Position numbers and translations under genes: made by a program. The notes under the pieces were generated by a model. It had not been told where the DNA came from. It searched no databases and saw only the letters and a list, made by a program, of their open reading frames with translations. Below are positions 37,459-46,990 of a stretch of 64,000 nucleotides of DNA, in pieces (within the stretch, counting starts at the first letter, position 1; every line of letters starts with the position of its first letter). Origin of the DNA: a virus; IMG/VR virus record IMGVR_UViG_3300036893_000044, positions 6,192-70,191 of that record; one strand, given 5' to 3'.

Positions 37459-37830
37459 ATGGCAATGGATAGAAGAGAATTTTGCGGTGCTGTATTGGTA
37501 ACAGCAACAATGCAGGCGATTGCGTCTAACGGATTAGCGGAGCAACGCAGAATCGTAGGCAGATATATTCTGCAAACTGTCAATTTTCAATGCGTGTGCT
37601 TTGGGCGCAACGATGGGTATCGAGCAGAATATCCTGGATGTAAAAATTACGATCATGAAAATTATTCACTGTACGAGAGGGCGTTTCTTGAGTCGGAATT
37701 ACCGAGAGGACAACAGGCGAAGCATTGGAGTTTTGAAGATTTTGCGAAAACAGCTTTCGAAGAACAACAGTTCTACCGGGATCACTGCCCCGACTATCCC
37801 CATGAAGTGCATAGCCTAGAGGCGAGATAA
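37459..37830 (+). CDS. Tat-signal-like hypothetical protein
   Basis: MDRREF + hydrophobic region; GAGGAGG RBS; AT-richer than neighbours. Confidence 0.6.
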   Translation: MAMDRREFCGAVLVTATMQAIASNGLAEQRRIVGRYILQTVNFQCVCFGRNDGYRAEYPGCKNYDHENYSLYERAFLESELPRGQQAKHWSFEDFAKTAFEEQQFYRDHCPDYPHEVHSLEAR

Positions 37831-37847
37831 AAGGTAGCAGGTAGCCG

Positions 37848-39926
37848 ATGTCCGCAGCCCAGCAATACGATCCCACGAGTCCGACGCCGTACCAGGCACC
37901 CGTGCTGCCGGATCCTACTCCTGCGCAGCCGTCTCCCTTGCCAACTCAAGGGCCGGAAATCAACGGCGCGGTCAAGAAGTCGGGAGCCATCGCCACAGTT
38001 GCAGACGGCATTCTCCGCGGCTTCATGCAGGGCCGGGCTTACCATCAAGCCTCGCAGGTGATGAAGCTCAAGAAGAAGACGGATGACCTGCAGAACAGCT
38101 ACAACCAGGATGCGGTGAGGCTCTACCAGTTGCATGCGGCCGGCGTCCCCGAAGACAGCCAAGAATACAAGTCGGCGAAGTCCTCAGTGGATGGTTCATG
38201 GGGCGCGCTGATGGATTTCTATAAGGGGCACATCACACCGGACGACGGCAAGAAGAAGTCGAAGGCGAAGAAAGTTGAAGGTGGAATTGTCGGCGCTCTA
38301 ACCGGAGGCGACCCGATGGCGCAGTCTGCAGCGTGGTTCCAGGTCGCGCAAAAGATGGGTCCGCCTGTCTACGGCCAGATTGCCATGCTGAATACGCCGG
38401 AGGCGAAGGCCAAGAGAGAAGCAGGCCAGATTAATGCGCAGACAGGTGTTGCCGCGGCGAAGGCAGATGCAACGGGGGTTCAGGCGCAAGATGTCAAGAA
38501 CGAGAACGATTTGACGGTTGAGGAGGCTGTCAGGGAGCGCGACAAGCTGCTGCTAAAAAGGCAGAACGAACCGGCATCAGCGCAAGTCGAGGAAAAGCCA
38601 GAGGATTCGTTCAAGCGTAATAAGCAGTGGGCGAAGCCGGGAGCAGCGCCGTTCATTACCAAATTGTCGCCAGATCAGGAGAAAGAGTTTCAGGATTGGG
38701 CAGCGAAGAATCCTGACATGGTCAAGGGTGAACTCGACACCAAAACGCCTGATTATGACGTTCGCGGTCGGTGGCTGGCAGAAAAAAATGGCGATCCCGA
38801 TGCGAAACTGACCCGCAGTGCGTTCGACGGTAAACTCCATGCTTCCGACAAGTGGAAGACTCCGTTCAATCGGACATTCAGCGCCGAATCGATCTATGCT
38901 GCGCCTGGCGCTCCAAAGTGGGACGGAAATGTCCTGAAAGATAAAGACGGCAATGTGATTGCCGACGAGACGCCTGGCAAGCGCACCCAGGGCGAGCCGG
39001 ATTGGGATGCCAGCGACTATAGGGAACATGGTTTGCCGGTGCCGGCTGATGTGCAGCGGCTCGAAACTTTGAATAAGGTATTGGCTGCCCACGGCAAAGC
39101 CGGCGATGAAGTGAAGATCGCCCGCGACAGCATTGCTCGGCGGATTCAGGAAGACCCCAACTATGTGCCAACGCCGGCGGAGATGGCTGTCTTGGGACGC
39201 AATGTACCGGCGGCGAAGACCGCCAAGGCGACCTGGAGAGGCAATTCCCTTGTGGATGTGGTCGATTCCACAGGCAAGGCGTGGACGCCGGAGCAATTGG
39301 AAGATGGCGAGGGCAGTGAAGAGGCTCAGACGCTCTACAAGTCGGCGCTGAAGGTGCAGGATGATGAGCGCAAGACGGCAAGGGATAAGTCGCAACAGTG
39401 GTACTCTCACGCTAACTATTCAGACACCCTCCAAACTCGCCGGGCTATCCGCGCCCTCGGGCTGAAAGCCAGCGCCGCCGACATCAGGGAGTGGTCGAAG
39501 CGCGAAGACGCGGCTAATTCTGCCGAGGAAATCTATCAGGAAGCGGCGGCCGTAAAAGTCCCGACGACGACCAGCGACCAGAAGTTGCTGATTCAGTGGG
39601 TTCGTTCCAACAACCCAGCATCGTCGCGTTTGCCGGATTCCGAAATCAAGCGCGGTTTGGCGGCAGGCGATTACACGACGCGAGCGAAGAACGCATGGGA
39701 TCTGGCGGTCAACGGAACATTGACGCCAGAGATTCACAAGGATTTCCTTGGCGATATCCGCAACGCGGCGCAGTCTAATCGGGAAGAGGCCGACAAACTC
39801 AAAGAGGACTACGGGTTGGATGACGATACGCTCAAGGCGATCGCGCAATCGGCGAATAGTGGTGCTGGTAAGCCGGGTGGAAAGCCGACCGGCGGCAGTA
39901 AGGCTGTCCCTAAAGGGTGGGAGTAG
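37848..39926 (+). CDS. Putative ejection protein 2
   Basis: Helical Ala/Lys/Gln-rich; internal YD.RG..H..D..KTP...TFS.ES.YA domain. Confidence 0.65.
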   Translation: MSAAQQYDPTSPTPYQAPVLPDPTPAQPSPLPTQGPEINGAVKKSGAIATVADGILRGFMQGRAYHQASQVMKLKKKTDDLQNSYNQDAVRLYQLHAAGVPEDSQEYKSAKSSVDGSWGALMDFYKGHITPDDGKKKSKAKKVEGGIVGALTGGDPMAQSAAWFQVAQKMGPPVYGQIAMLNTPEAKAKREAGQINAQTGVAAAKADATGVQAQDVKNENDLTVEEAVRERDKLLLKRQNEPASAQVEEKPEDSFKRNKQWAKPGAAPFITKLSPDQEKEFQDWAAKNPDMVKGELDTKTPDYDVRGRWLAEKNGDPDAKLTRSAFDGKLHASDKWKTPFNRTFSAESIYAAPGAPKWDGNVLKDKDGNVIADETPGKRTQGEPDWDASDYREHGLPVPADVQRLETLNKVLAAHGKAGDEVKIARDSIARRIQEDPNYVPTPAEMAVLGRNVPAAKTAKATWRGNSLVDVVDSTGKAWTPEQLEDGEGSEEAQTLYKSALKVQDDERKTARDKSQQWYSHANYSDTLQTRRAIRALGLKASAADIREWSKREDAANSAEEIYQEAAAVKVPTTTSDQKLLIQWVRSNNPASSRLPDSEIKRGLAAGDYTTRAKNAWDLAVNGTLTPEIHKDFLGDIRNAAQSNREEADKLKEDYGLDDDTLKAIAQSANSGAGKPGGKPTGGSKAVPKGWE

Positions 39927-42900
39927 ATGGCGGTTGCCGAAGCCCAAACCGATGACCGCTGGAATCCAGTAGCGGATGTGCGCAAGAAGTACCCCGGCCT
40001 GAAGGATTGGTCGGATGACCGCATCCTCAAGAACATGGAAGACCCGACGAAGTTCAAGTCGGCATTTCCTGAATACTCACACCTTTCCGATGATGCGATT
40101 AAGCGTAATGTGGGGAAACTGCGCAAAAAGGAAGAGCCAGTGGTTGCGCCCGCCACGTCTGCGACTCCACATGGATTATCAGAAAAGGAACTGACAACTA
40201 ATACGCCGGACGAGCAAGGCCACTATCGCGGCCTCTATGAGATGACGGCCCCCTCCGGGGAAAAGAAAAGTATTCCCTATAACAATGTCAATACCGCTAT
40301 CAAGCAGGGGTACAAACTTACGGAAACTAGTCAAAAGACATATCTACACGACTACTCTTCTGATCCGAATGTTATTAAAGATGCGACAAAAACAGCAGAG
40401 AAGAATGCTGACGAAGTGAAGCTCGTGGTTGGCGCCACGAAAGAACTTGGAGATCTAAGCGGAGGCGCGCTGCATCTTGCCGTTCATTTTGGCGAAGGCG
40501 AGCAATCTCCGCACGACATTTTTGCCTACAAGAAATTACACCCGCATGCGACAGACGAGGAAGCCGAGGATGCAGTCCAAAAAGGTTACCGTGCTCTTAA
40601 GTCTGAATTAGAAACAAAGACAGAGGAGTGGGCGGATTCGACGGCAAAAAAACTCCAGAGCGGCGGGAGTCCAGAGGGTATTTGGGAGAACATCGGCTCA
40701 CTTGGAACCCAGGTGGGCGAGATCGCCATTCCAGAAGGCTGGTTAGGTAAATTGGCGGAGGGATCCAAGGTAGCGGAAACAGTTCGGGCATCAACCAAGA
40801 TGCGTGAGATCAGCGAATTTCTGGGTAAATATCCGCGCATCAAGGCGCTGGTTTCGTTCGGTGCAAAGACCGCTGGGGCTGGGGCGAAAGGTGCGGCGGA
40901 ACAAGGAGCGCAGACCTACGTTGAGACGGGCGGTGACGCGAAGCAGGCGGAAGAGGCCGCAATGATCGGCGGTGGAGTTGGCGCGGTGGCCCATGTTGGC
41001 ACTGAAGCAATTAAAACTGGCGCTGGCATTGCGAAGAAAGCGGTACGCGGCATCGTTGGCACAGGTGAGAGCCAATCAGCGGAAATGGTGCGTGATACGG
41101 CAAAGAGCAACAAGGCTGAGATTGCGGATGCCGAAAAGAAGACGGCAGACAACCAGGCTAAGTATGAACTAGATGTGCAGGCAACCAAAGATGAGAATGC
41201 GAGGTTAGAGCAGGAGGCGCGTGATAAAACCTCCAAACGTAATGAAAAGGCGGAAGGCCGGCACAAGAGGATATTGACCAAGCAGGAAGAGGAGCACCAA
41301 GCCAAAGTAGACGAGATCGCGGCGCAAAACACCAAGGCTGAGCAAGAGGCCAGCCAGAAGACGGCCGAAGCGCAGCAGACGGCTAAAGATGAGTACGAAA
41401 GAACTGTAACTGAAAGTAAGGATTTGGAATCGAAGCGCGGGCGATTGGCTCGTCAAGAGATTACGCTTCGCGATCGACTTAGCCGTAGACTTCAGGACAT
41501 TAAGACGAAAGCCAAGGCGTACACCGATGGCCAATGGGATGCTATCCGCAAGGCGGTAGGTAAGGCTACGACTCCGATTGAGCCGCTGATTGAGACTGTC
41601 GATAGAGCAAAGAGTAAGTTTGAGGGGTCCAAAGAGAAAGTCCGGGAGTTCGAGGATATTTTGGCGCGCGCCCAGCACGACGGCGCGACAGATGATTTAC
41701 TTGAGGCGACGGCGCGGTCTAATTTCGGCAAGCCGTATATCAAGCTCGAAACAATACAGAAAGCCACAGTGGATCGCGCCGTAAAAGAAGCGGAGGAAAA
41801 CTACGCCCGCGCCCGCGGCGAGACGATAGAGAACGCGACCATCGACTATACGCATCTTCGGGGTTATTCGAGTGAACTAGGTAAGTTGCTGCGAACGGAC
41901 GCGCTCGGAAGGAATGTCAATAACCTCGATGCTGATGTGATTCACGCCCTTTCCATCGTAAAGAATAAGGTGGATGGAATGGTAGACGAGATGGCGAACG
42001 ATGCTGGAATGGGTGCAAAACTCAAGAAGGCAAAGGCTGATTATCGCACCTATAAGCAGGTATTTTATGAGCCGACCGGGATGAGTAAGTCGGGATCTCC
42101 GGTAGCTCAGGGATTGGGTGCGGTGGAAGCCTTTAATTCCACGCAGCCGTTTCTCAGTGATCAGCCGGAAGTTGCGAGCCGTATGCGTCAAATGCTGGTT
42201 GGTCGTGAGTCTGGACCGTATTACGACCCGAATGCGGGTAAACTCTTAGATCAATTGCGCGCCGTTGCCGATGAACGTAAGTCACTTCCGAAGCCGGGGA
42301 AGACTCCGGAGTACGCCGAACCGAAGCCGGTTGAGGCGAAGACCAAAGAGCCGCCAAAGCCGCCAAAGCCGCCGGAGTATATTCCACCAGAACCCGTGGA
42401 ACCAAAGCTCAAGCCGGAACCGAAGCCGCCGGAACCTACCAAGCCGGAACTCAAAAAACTCTCACCGGAGAAATTACGCGAACAGCGCGAGGAGAACATC
42501 TACCAGTTCGCCAAGAAACTGCAACACTTTGGGCCATATATGGCGACTGGTGCTGTAGGTGGATTTATCGGCGGTCTGTCCTCTCTTGCGACTGGAAACA
42601 AGGATATCCCCAAAGCTATCGAGACTGGTGCTGTCGCTGGATCTGCGCTACTGTTAGCCCCATACGCCATTCGGACGCTGCTTGAAAAGCCTTGGGTAAT
42701 CGAAAAATTGACGAAGCCAACATTGCAAGACTTGAAGCAGTTAGAGAAACTGCCGCGCGATCAGCGTGAGGGAGTTGAGGTTGCACTTGCGCAACTGTCA
42801 AAAGAGGCGGAGAAGCGCGGCATCATCAAAAAACCTAGTCGGTGGATGGTTGTGCTTGCCAGCGAAGGAGCAAAGAAACTCGCGCAAGGCGAAGAGAGCA

Positions 42901-42938
42901 AGCCAACGCCTGGCGAAGACGAGGAGCAAAAGAAATGA
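39927..42938 (+). CDS. Putative large ejection protein
   Basis: 1003 aa; Gly/Ala hydrophobic segments, coiled coil, PK/PE repeat. Confidence 0.65.
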   Translation: MAVAEAQTDDRWNPVADVRKKYPGLKDWSDDRILKNMEDPTKFKSAFPEYSHLSDDAIKRNVGKLRKKEEPVVAPATSATPHGLSEKELTTNTPDEQGHYRGLYEMTAPSGEKKSIPYNNVNTAIKQGYKLTETSQKTYLHDYSSDPNVIKDATKTAEKNADEVKLVVGATKELGDLSGGALHLAVHFGEGEQSPHDIFAYKKLHPHATDEEAEDAVQKGYRALKSELETKTEEWADSTAKKLQSGGSPEGIWENIGSLGTQVGEIAIPEGWLGKLAEGSKVAETVRASTKMREISEFLGKYPRIKALVSFGAKTAGAGAKGAAEQGAQTYVETGGDAKQAEEAAMIGGGVGAVAHVGTEAIKTGAGIAKKAVRGIVGTGESQSAEMVRDTAKSNKAEIADAEKKTADNQAKYELDVQATKDENARLEQEARDKTSKRNEKAEGRHKRILTKQEEEHQAKVDEIAAQNTKAEQEASQKTAEAQQTAKDEYERTVTESKDLESKRGRLARQEITLRDRLSRRLQDIKTKAKAYTDGQWDAIRKAVGKATTPIEPLIETVDRAKSKFEGSKEKVREFEDILARAQHDGATDDLLEATARSNFGKPYIKLETIQKATVDRAVKEAEENYARARGETIENATIDYTHLRGYSSELGKLLRTDALGRNVNNLDADVIHALSIVKNKVDGMVDEMANDAGMGAKLKKAKADYRTYKQVFYEPTGMSKSGSPVAQGLGAVEAFNSTQPFLSDQPEVASRMRQMLVGRESGPYYDPNAGKLLDQLRAVADERKSLPKPGKTPEYAEPKPVEAKTKEPPKPPKPPEYIPPEPVEPKLKPEPKPPEPTKPELKKLSPEKLREQREENIYQFAKKLQHFGPYMATGAVGGFIGGLSSLATGNKDIPKAIETGAVAGSALLLAPYAIRTLLEKPWVIEKLTKPTLQDLKQLEKLPRDQREGVEVALAQLSKEAEKRGIIKKPSRWMVVLASEGAKKLAQGEESKPTPGEDEEQKK

Positions 42939-43126
42939 TTGAGATTGATGACGGTTTTTTTGTTCAGGCCGAAGAAGTGGCGGCGGTCAAGTCGGCTGGC
43001 AACGGCAAGAGCATCTTGTACCTCAAAGGCCAATCCGCGCTCGAAGGATTTGTGATCGAGGGCGAAGCGGTGGATGTTGCCGAAAGGGTCGATGAGGAGT
43101 TAGAGGACTACGAAGAAGAGGATTGA
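42935..43126 (+). CDS. Small acidic protein
   Basis: ATGA coupling; MIEIDDG...EDYEEED. Confidence 0.55.
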   Translation: MIEIDDGFFVQAEEVAAVKSAGNGKSILYLKGQSALEGFVIEGEAVDVAERVDEELEDYEEED

Positions 43127-43255
43127 AGAGATGCGGCATGCGCCCTGATTCGCCGCAGGGCCGCCGCAACCCCGGAACACTCATAGCCTCGTCTCTATGG
43201 GTGTTTTTGGGGTTTTTCCAATTGTTCCACGTGTGTTTGAGTGGTACAATTTGGC

Positions 43256-43591
43256 ATGGCGAAAACCTGCTCTCTCTGCTCCAATCCACGCCGGTCGTCG
43301 GGTCGCTACTGTAAAGTGCATCATGCCGCCGCGATGCGCAGTTTCCGCAAAACCCATACCTTGACGGTCGATCAGCGCAAGAAGATGAACTGCCGATCCT
43401 ACGCCAACGAGTACCAGCGCCGCGGGAAACTCAAGAAGAAGCCATGTGAGGCTTGCGGGAGCGACAAGGCAGAGAAACACCACGACAATTACGACAAGCC
43501 TCTCGAGGTCACTTGGCTGTGTCGAGAGTGCCATTTGAAGAAGCATAGAGAGGCGCAAGCGGCTGTCAAACAAGAAAAGGTGGCAGCATAG
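43256..43591 (+). CDS. Small HNH-like endonuclease
   Basis: PCEACG..AEKHH.NY.KPL.V.WLC.ECH..H; leaderless after TGGTACAAT. Confidence 0.75.
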   Translation: MAKTCSLCSNPRRSSGRYCKVHHAAAMRSFRKTHTLTVDQRKKMNCRSYANEYQRRGKLKKKPCEACGSDKAEKHHDNYDKPLEVTWLCRECHLKKHREAQAAVKQEKVAA

Positions 43592-44052
43592 TGGAGCAAA
43601 CTCTGAAGCGGATGCGAGACGGCTACTGGCGCATGACGAGCAAGCGGACTCCAATCGAATCCGATTTCGTGTTAGGCATGTTTAACGAATGGGGATCGAT
43701 ATGGGTCTTTCGCTGCTTCGAGGATTGCGGATATCTGCCCGTCTGCGCCCCGAGCACGACTCAATCTGACGCCATCTATGTGAGCGATTTCTCCTGGTTG
43801 CCACGATTCAATGAAGGGTGTTGGCGGATCGATAAGCCAGAGGAAGAGGAACCGGTAGTCGGAATTCGGCGCGGCTCCACTGATCCAGAGATGCTGGTCT
43901 ATTTCCAAGGCAAGTTTTGGGCGAACGACATCGCCGATGGCATCGATGAGCATAGCGAGATCGTTGACTGTATCAAGTGGATTGACTTGCCGACCGCACC
44001 TCCTCCACGCACCAAAAGAGCGAAGAAACTGGCAATGCGTCACGTCAACTGA
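43591..44052 (+). CDS. Hypothetical protein
   Basis: Coupled ORF. Confidence 0.55.
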   Translation: MEQTLKRMRDGYWRMTSKRTPIESDFVLGMFNEWGSIWVFRCFEDCGYLPVCAPSTTQSDAIYVSDFSWLPRFNEGCWRIDKPEEEEPVVGIRRGSTDPEMLVYFQGKFWANDIADGIDEHSEIVDCIKWIDLPTAPPPRTKRAKKLAMRHVN

Positions 44053-44403
44053 TTACACCGGCCACCATAAGCAGACCCCGGAAGAGCGCAGGACGAAGAT
44101 CGCCGAGCAGTTGGCGAATGAGGAAGTGCCGCTGTCGAGGTACGCGGTCACCCCGCACAAAGTCGTCCCTGTCCGTCACGGACGGCATCGGCGAGTTGCA
44201 AGCAATATGTAGCCGGCGTATGCTTGCCATCAATCAGCCAGTCCCGCCAAACTGCCTCGCTTTACGGCCTACCCTGCTTTACCCCACTTACAAATCTAGT
44301 TGACCTGTTGCCGCTGGCCACATAAGTCGGAGGAATCCGACTGTGCGGAATTGACCATCGCAGTTGGAGGAAAGGCGCATCTAATGGATTCGGATGGTGC
44401 CTC

Positions 44404-44616
44404 ATGCCGATGTCCCTGTTCTATATCATCGCCGTTGTGATCATCGCTGGAGTCTGCCTATGGGCGCTTAATGCGTTCCCCGCCATTGACCCCACGATGA
44501 AGCAAATCGCGCGCGTTCTGATCATCCTCTTTGTGGTGATCCTGGTTCTTTATTTCTTGTTCAGCATGGTTGGCGGCGGAATGGGGCTTCACGGCATGGC
44601 TGGCCCGTGTCGTTAA
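44404..44616 (+). CDS. Two-TM small membrane protein (holin-like)
   Basis: IIAVVIIAGV.LW..N..P.ID..MKQIARVLII. Confidence 0.65.
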   Translation: MPMSLFYIIAVVIIAGVCLWALNAFPAIDPTMKQIARVLIILFVVILVLYFLFSMVGGGMGLHGMAGPCR

Positions 44617-44764
44617 TTTTCACGAAATACCGTTTGCAACCCTGCATCCAAGAGTTATATTTGAGGCTATGAGCGTGCCCGATACCAAACTCGCCGCCTT
44701 CGCCGGACATCACTTCGTTCACGATCGCGCAGACGACCTAAGACAACCCAAAAAGAGAGCAAGT

Positions 44765-44799
44765 CAGAAGGCCTCAGCTTAACCGCTGGGGCTTTTCTG
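44765..44799 (+). terminator. Intrinsic terminator ending late transcription unit
   Basis: CAGAAGGCCTCAGC ttaacc GCTGGGGCTTTTCTG. Confidence 0.6.
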
Positions 44800-44828
44800 T
44801 TGACGGGACGGTTGCAAGCGTGGATACT
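44800..44828 (+). promoter_or_regulatory. Sigma70 promoter with operator in spacer
   Basis: TTGACG-17-GATACT containing GTTGCAAGCGTG. Confidence 0.65.
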
Positions 44829-44992
44829 TATGGCTTGAGGGAACTGAAAGGCCGAAAAGCAGTCATTCATGCCAAGAGCGAAGTAGGCCGGGCTGGCATG
44901 TCCCTGGTCCCTCCCAACATACACCCCACGCAAATACGTGACGGCAAGCGGGGTAATCGGGCGAGTCCGACCCGCAATAAGACGAGGAAAGA

Positions 44993-45709
44993 ATGCCTGA
45001 TCTAGCCACACAACCAAAACCGCTCGGCTTCAAGAATTACGGACGCATCGGCCATCTTCCATGCAGCCGCATGGGACCAGGGGATCACGCCGTCCCGCAA
45101 GGTATGGCTGATATTGCGACCGTGAAGACTCGGGACAAGCATGATCGCGTTTGGGTCACAGAGAAACTCGACGGGTCCAATGTCGGTGTTGCGGTGATAA
45201 ACGGCGAAGTCATCGCGCTCGGCCGCGCCGGATACCTGGCGAAGACCTCAAAGTATGAGCAGCATCAACTATTCGCCGAGTGGGTTCAAAAGAACGAGCA
45301 CCGATTTCGCGTATTACTCGGGGATGGGACGCGGTGTGTCGGTGAATGGCTCGCCCAGGCGCATGGTACGCGCTATGAGTTGAAGCATGAGCCATTCGTG
45401 ATCTTCGATCTAATGCTCGGCCAGAAGAGATTTCCGTGGGAGCAGGCGCAGTTCTCAATCGGGATTTCCGGCTTTATCCACCCGCACCTGCTCAATGACG
45501 GCCAGCATCCGATGTCAGTCGAGGACGCCATCGGCAAAGCGGAGCGCGACAATGCTCATGGCGCCGATGGGATAGAAGGCGCTGTCTGGCGCGTCGAGCG
45601 CAAGGGGGAGTTCGATTTCATGGCGAAGTATGTCAAGCCGTGGAAGGTGGATGGCGCTCTGCTTCCCGAGATGAGCAACGGCGATGCAGTGTGGAACTGG
45701 AGACCGTAA
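44993..45709 (+). CDS. RNA ligase (Rnl2-type nucleotidyltransferase domain)
   Basis: TEKLDGSN (I), GEW (III), FVIFD (IIIa), EGAV (IV), AK (V). Confidence 0.85.
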   Translation: MPDLATQPKPLGFKNYGRIGHLPCSRMGPGDHAVPQGMADIATVKTRDKHDRVWVTEKLDGSNVGVAVINGEVIALGRAGYLAKTSKYEQHQLFAEWVQKNEHRFRVLLGDGTRCVGEWLAQAHGTRYELKHEPFVIFDLMLGQKRFPWEQAQFSIGISGFIHPHLLNDGQHPMSVEDAIGKAERDNAHGADGIEGAVWRVERKGEFDFMAKYVKPWKVDGALLPEMSNGDAVWNWRP

Positions 45710-45748
45710 TGGCCCGCACCAAAAACCGCTGGTCCTATAAGCGCGGTG

Positions 45749-46513
45749 TCAAACGTCGGAAGAAAGTCCGCCGCCTGCCGCCGCGCCGCTAGTCTTCTTC
45801 ACCGGCGTCAGACACTTCGACCAGGGCCGCTTTCCTCGAAGCACTCTCCCTATCGAGTCCATCTTCTCCCGCATTTCATCTACCAGCGGTCCCGCATCGA
45901 TCTTCGCCACTCCCTTGATCGCGCCAGCGAAAGCCTCCGCATCCATAAACGACTTCCAGAGTTTCGCCGCGGCAAGACTGCGCTGCGGATCCGGCAAGGC
46001 GACGATCCGCTCAATCTCGCGCTCGATGCGCTTGGCAAACTTTGAGATTGTGAGCACCTTCGGCATGTGATTTTTATTGCTAAGTTTCGACGCCTCGATC
46101 AGCACGAACGCGAACGCTTGCCGGTCAGTCCGCACGACGGCATTTTCCTCGTCGAGTTCCTTCCGCAAATCCTTGAAGCCCTGAAAGGTCATCATCTCGC
46201 CGAAGATGGCATAGCGGTAGAGTTGGATGTCGAAAGTCAAGCAGTAGCCGCGCAGCCGGTCTATCGACAACTTGAGTTCCTTGGCCGCCATATCCACCGG
46301 GACCATATCCTTCCACTTGGCAGGTTGCAGCATGACTTGCAGCCAGCGCTTTGCGGCCGGAGGAGGTATGCGAACCAGGTCGCCGTCGAAGTAGTACATC
46401 TGTTTCTTGGCTGGCTTGAGGTAGCCGTCAGAGATCAGGGGTGGAAGGTCGTCCCAGGATACGCCGAGTTCTTTGGCGAGGGCGCGGAGGGTGATGTGGT
46501 CAGCGTCTGGCAT
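45749..46513 (-). CDS. Hypothetical HTH-containing protein (candidate regulator)
   Basis: ITLRALAKELGVS and AAKELKLS HTH-like segments. Confidence 0.55.
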   Translation of the reverse strand: MPDADHITLRALAKELGVSWDDLPPLISDGYLKPAKKQMYYFDGDLVRIPPPAAKRWLQVMLQPAKWKDMVPVDMAAKELKLSIDRLRGYCLTFDIQLYRYAIFGEMMTFQGFKDLRKELDEENAVVRTDRQAFAFVLIEASKLSNKNHMPKVLTISKFAKRIEREIERIVALPDPQRSLAAAKLWKSFMDAEAFAGAIKGVAKIDAGPLVDEMREKMDSIGRVLRGKRPWSKCLTPVKKTSGAAAGGGLSSDV

Positions 46514-46868
46514 TCATCTTCGCCCTACGTTCTAACTCTTCCGCCCGCCGCTCAGCCTCAGCCCGTCTTTCCCTACAAGTCTGATGGCCCAGCACGGCAA
46601 TCGCACGAAAGTACTCAGACGCATCCTCGCCCATCCGCGCCACAGTTCCATTACCGCCGCGCTTGCCGATCTTCTTGAAAAAGTCAGGGTCTTTGAAGTC
46701 GAGGATTTTCCGCTTGCGATTTTTGTAGCCCTTCTTGGCAGCTTCCGAGCGCGTCTTCAGTTTGCGGGCCTCGGCTGCGGCCTTGAATGCTGCGATGGTT
46801 TTATGCGCCCATTTGATTTCGAGGGCCTGTGCTTTCGTTGGTCGGCCTCTACGGGATTTCTTGTCCAT
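46500..46868 (-). CDS. Basic protein with AT-hook and KGG-like motifs
   Basis: RRGRP; DFFKKIGKRGG; TACAAT 7 nt upstream. Confidence 0.6.
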   Translation of the reverse strand: MDKKSRRGRPTKAQALEIKWAHKTIAAFKAAAEARKLKTRSEAAKKGYKNRKRKILDFKDPDFFKKIGKRGGNGTVARMGEDASEYFRAIAVLGHQTCRERRAEAERRAEELERRAKMNARR

Positions 46869-46885
46869 GAAGGGGATTGTAGACT

Positions 46886-46950
46886 TTGACGATTGCGGTT
46901 TGCAAGCGTGAAAATAAATGTTGACGACTCGGTTTGCAAGCGTGTACTGT
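46886..46950 (+). promoter_or_regulatory. Tandem promoters with operator repeats
   Basis: Two TTGACGA..CGGTTTGCAAGCGTG units at 46886 and 46921. Confidence 0.7.
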
Positions 46951-46990
46951 GTGGTTGTCGATATACACTTTAAGGAACGGAAAGGAAATC

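Noticed and set aside
42290-42450. CCGCCAAAG/CCGGAA tandem repeats
   Set aside because: They encode a Pro-Lys-Glu linker in the ejection protein.
43000-44700. Lysis cassette
   Set aside because: Only a holin-like two-TM protein is seen; no recognisable endolysin in the window.
44840-44865. Hammerhead ribozyme (CTGA...GAAA)
   Set aside because: The CUGANGA core and stem II are not properly formed.
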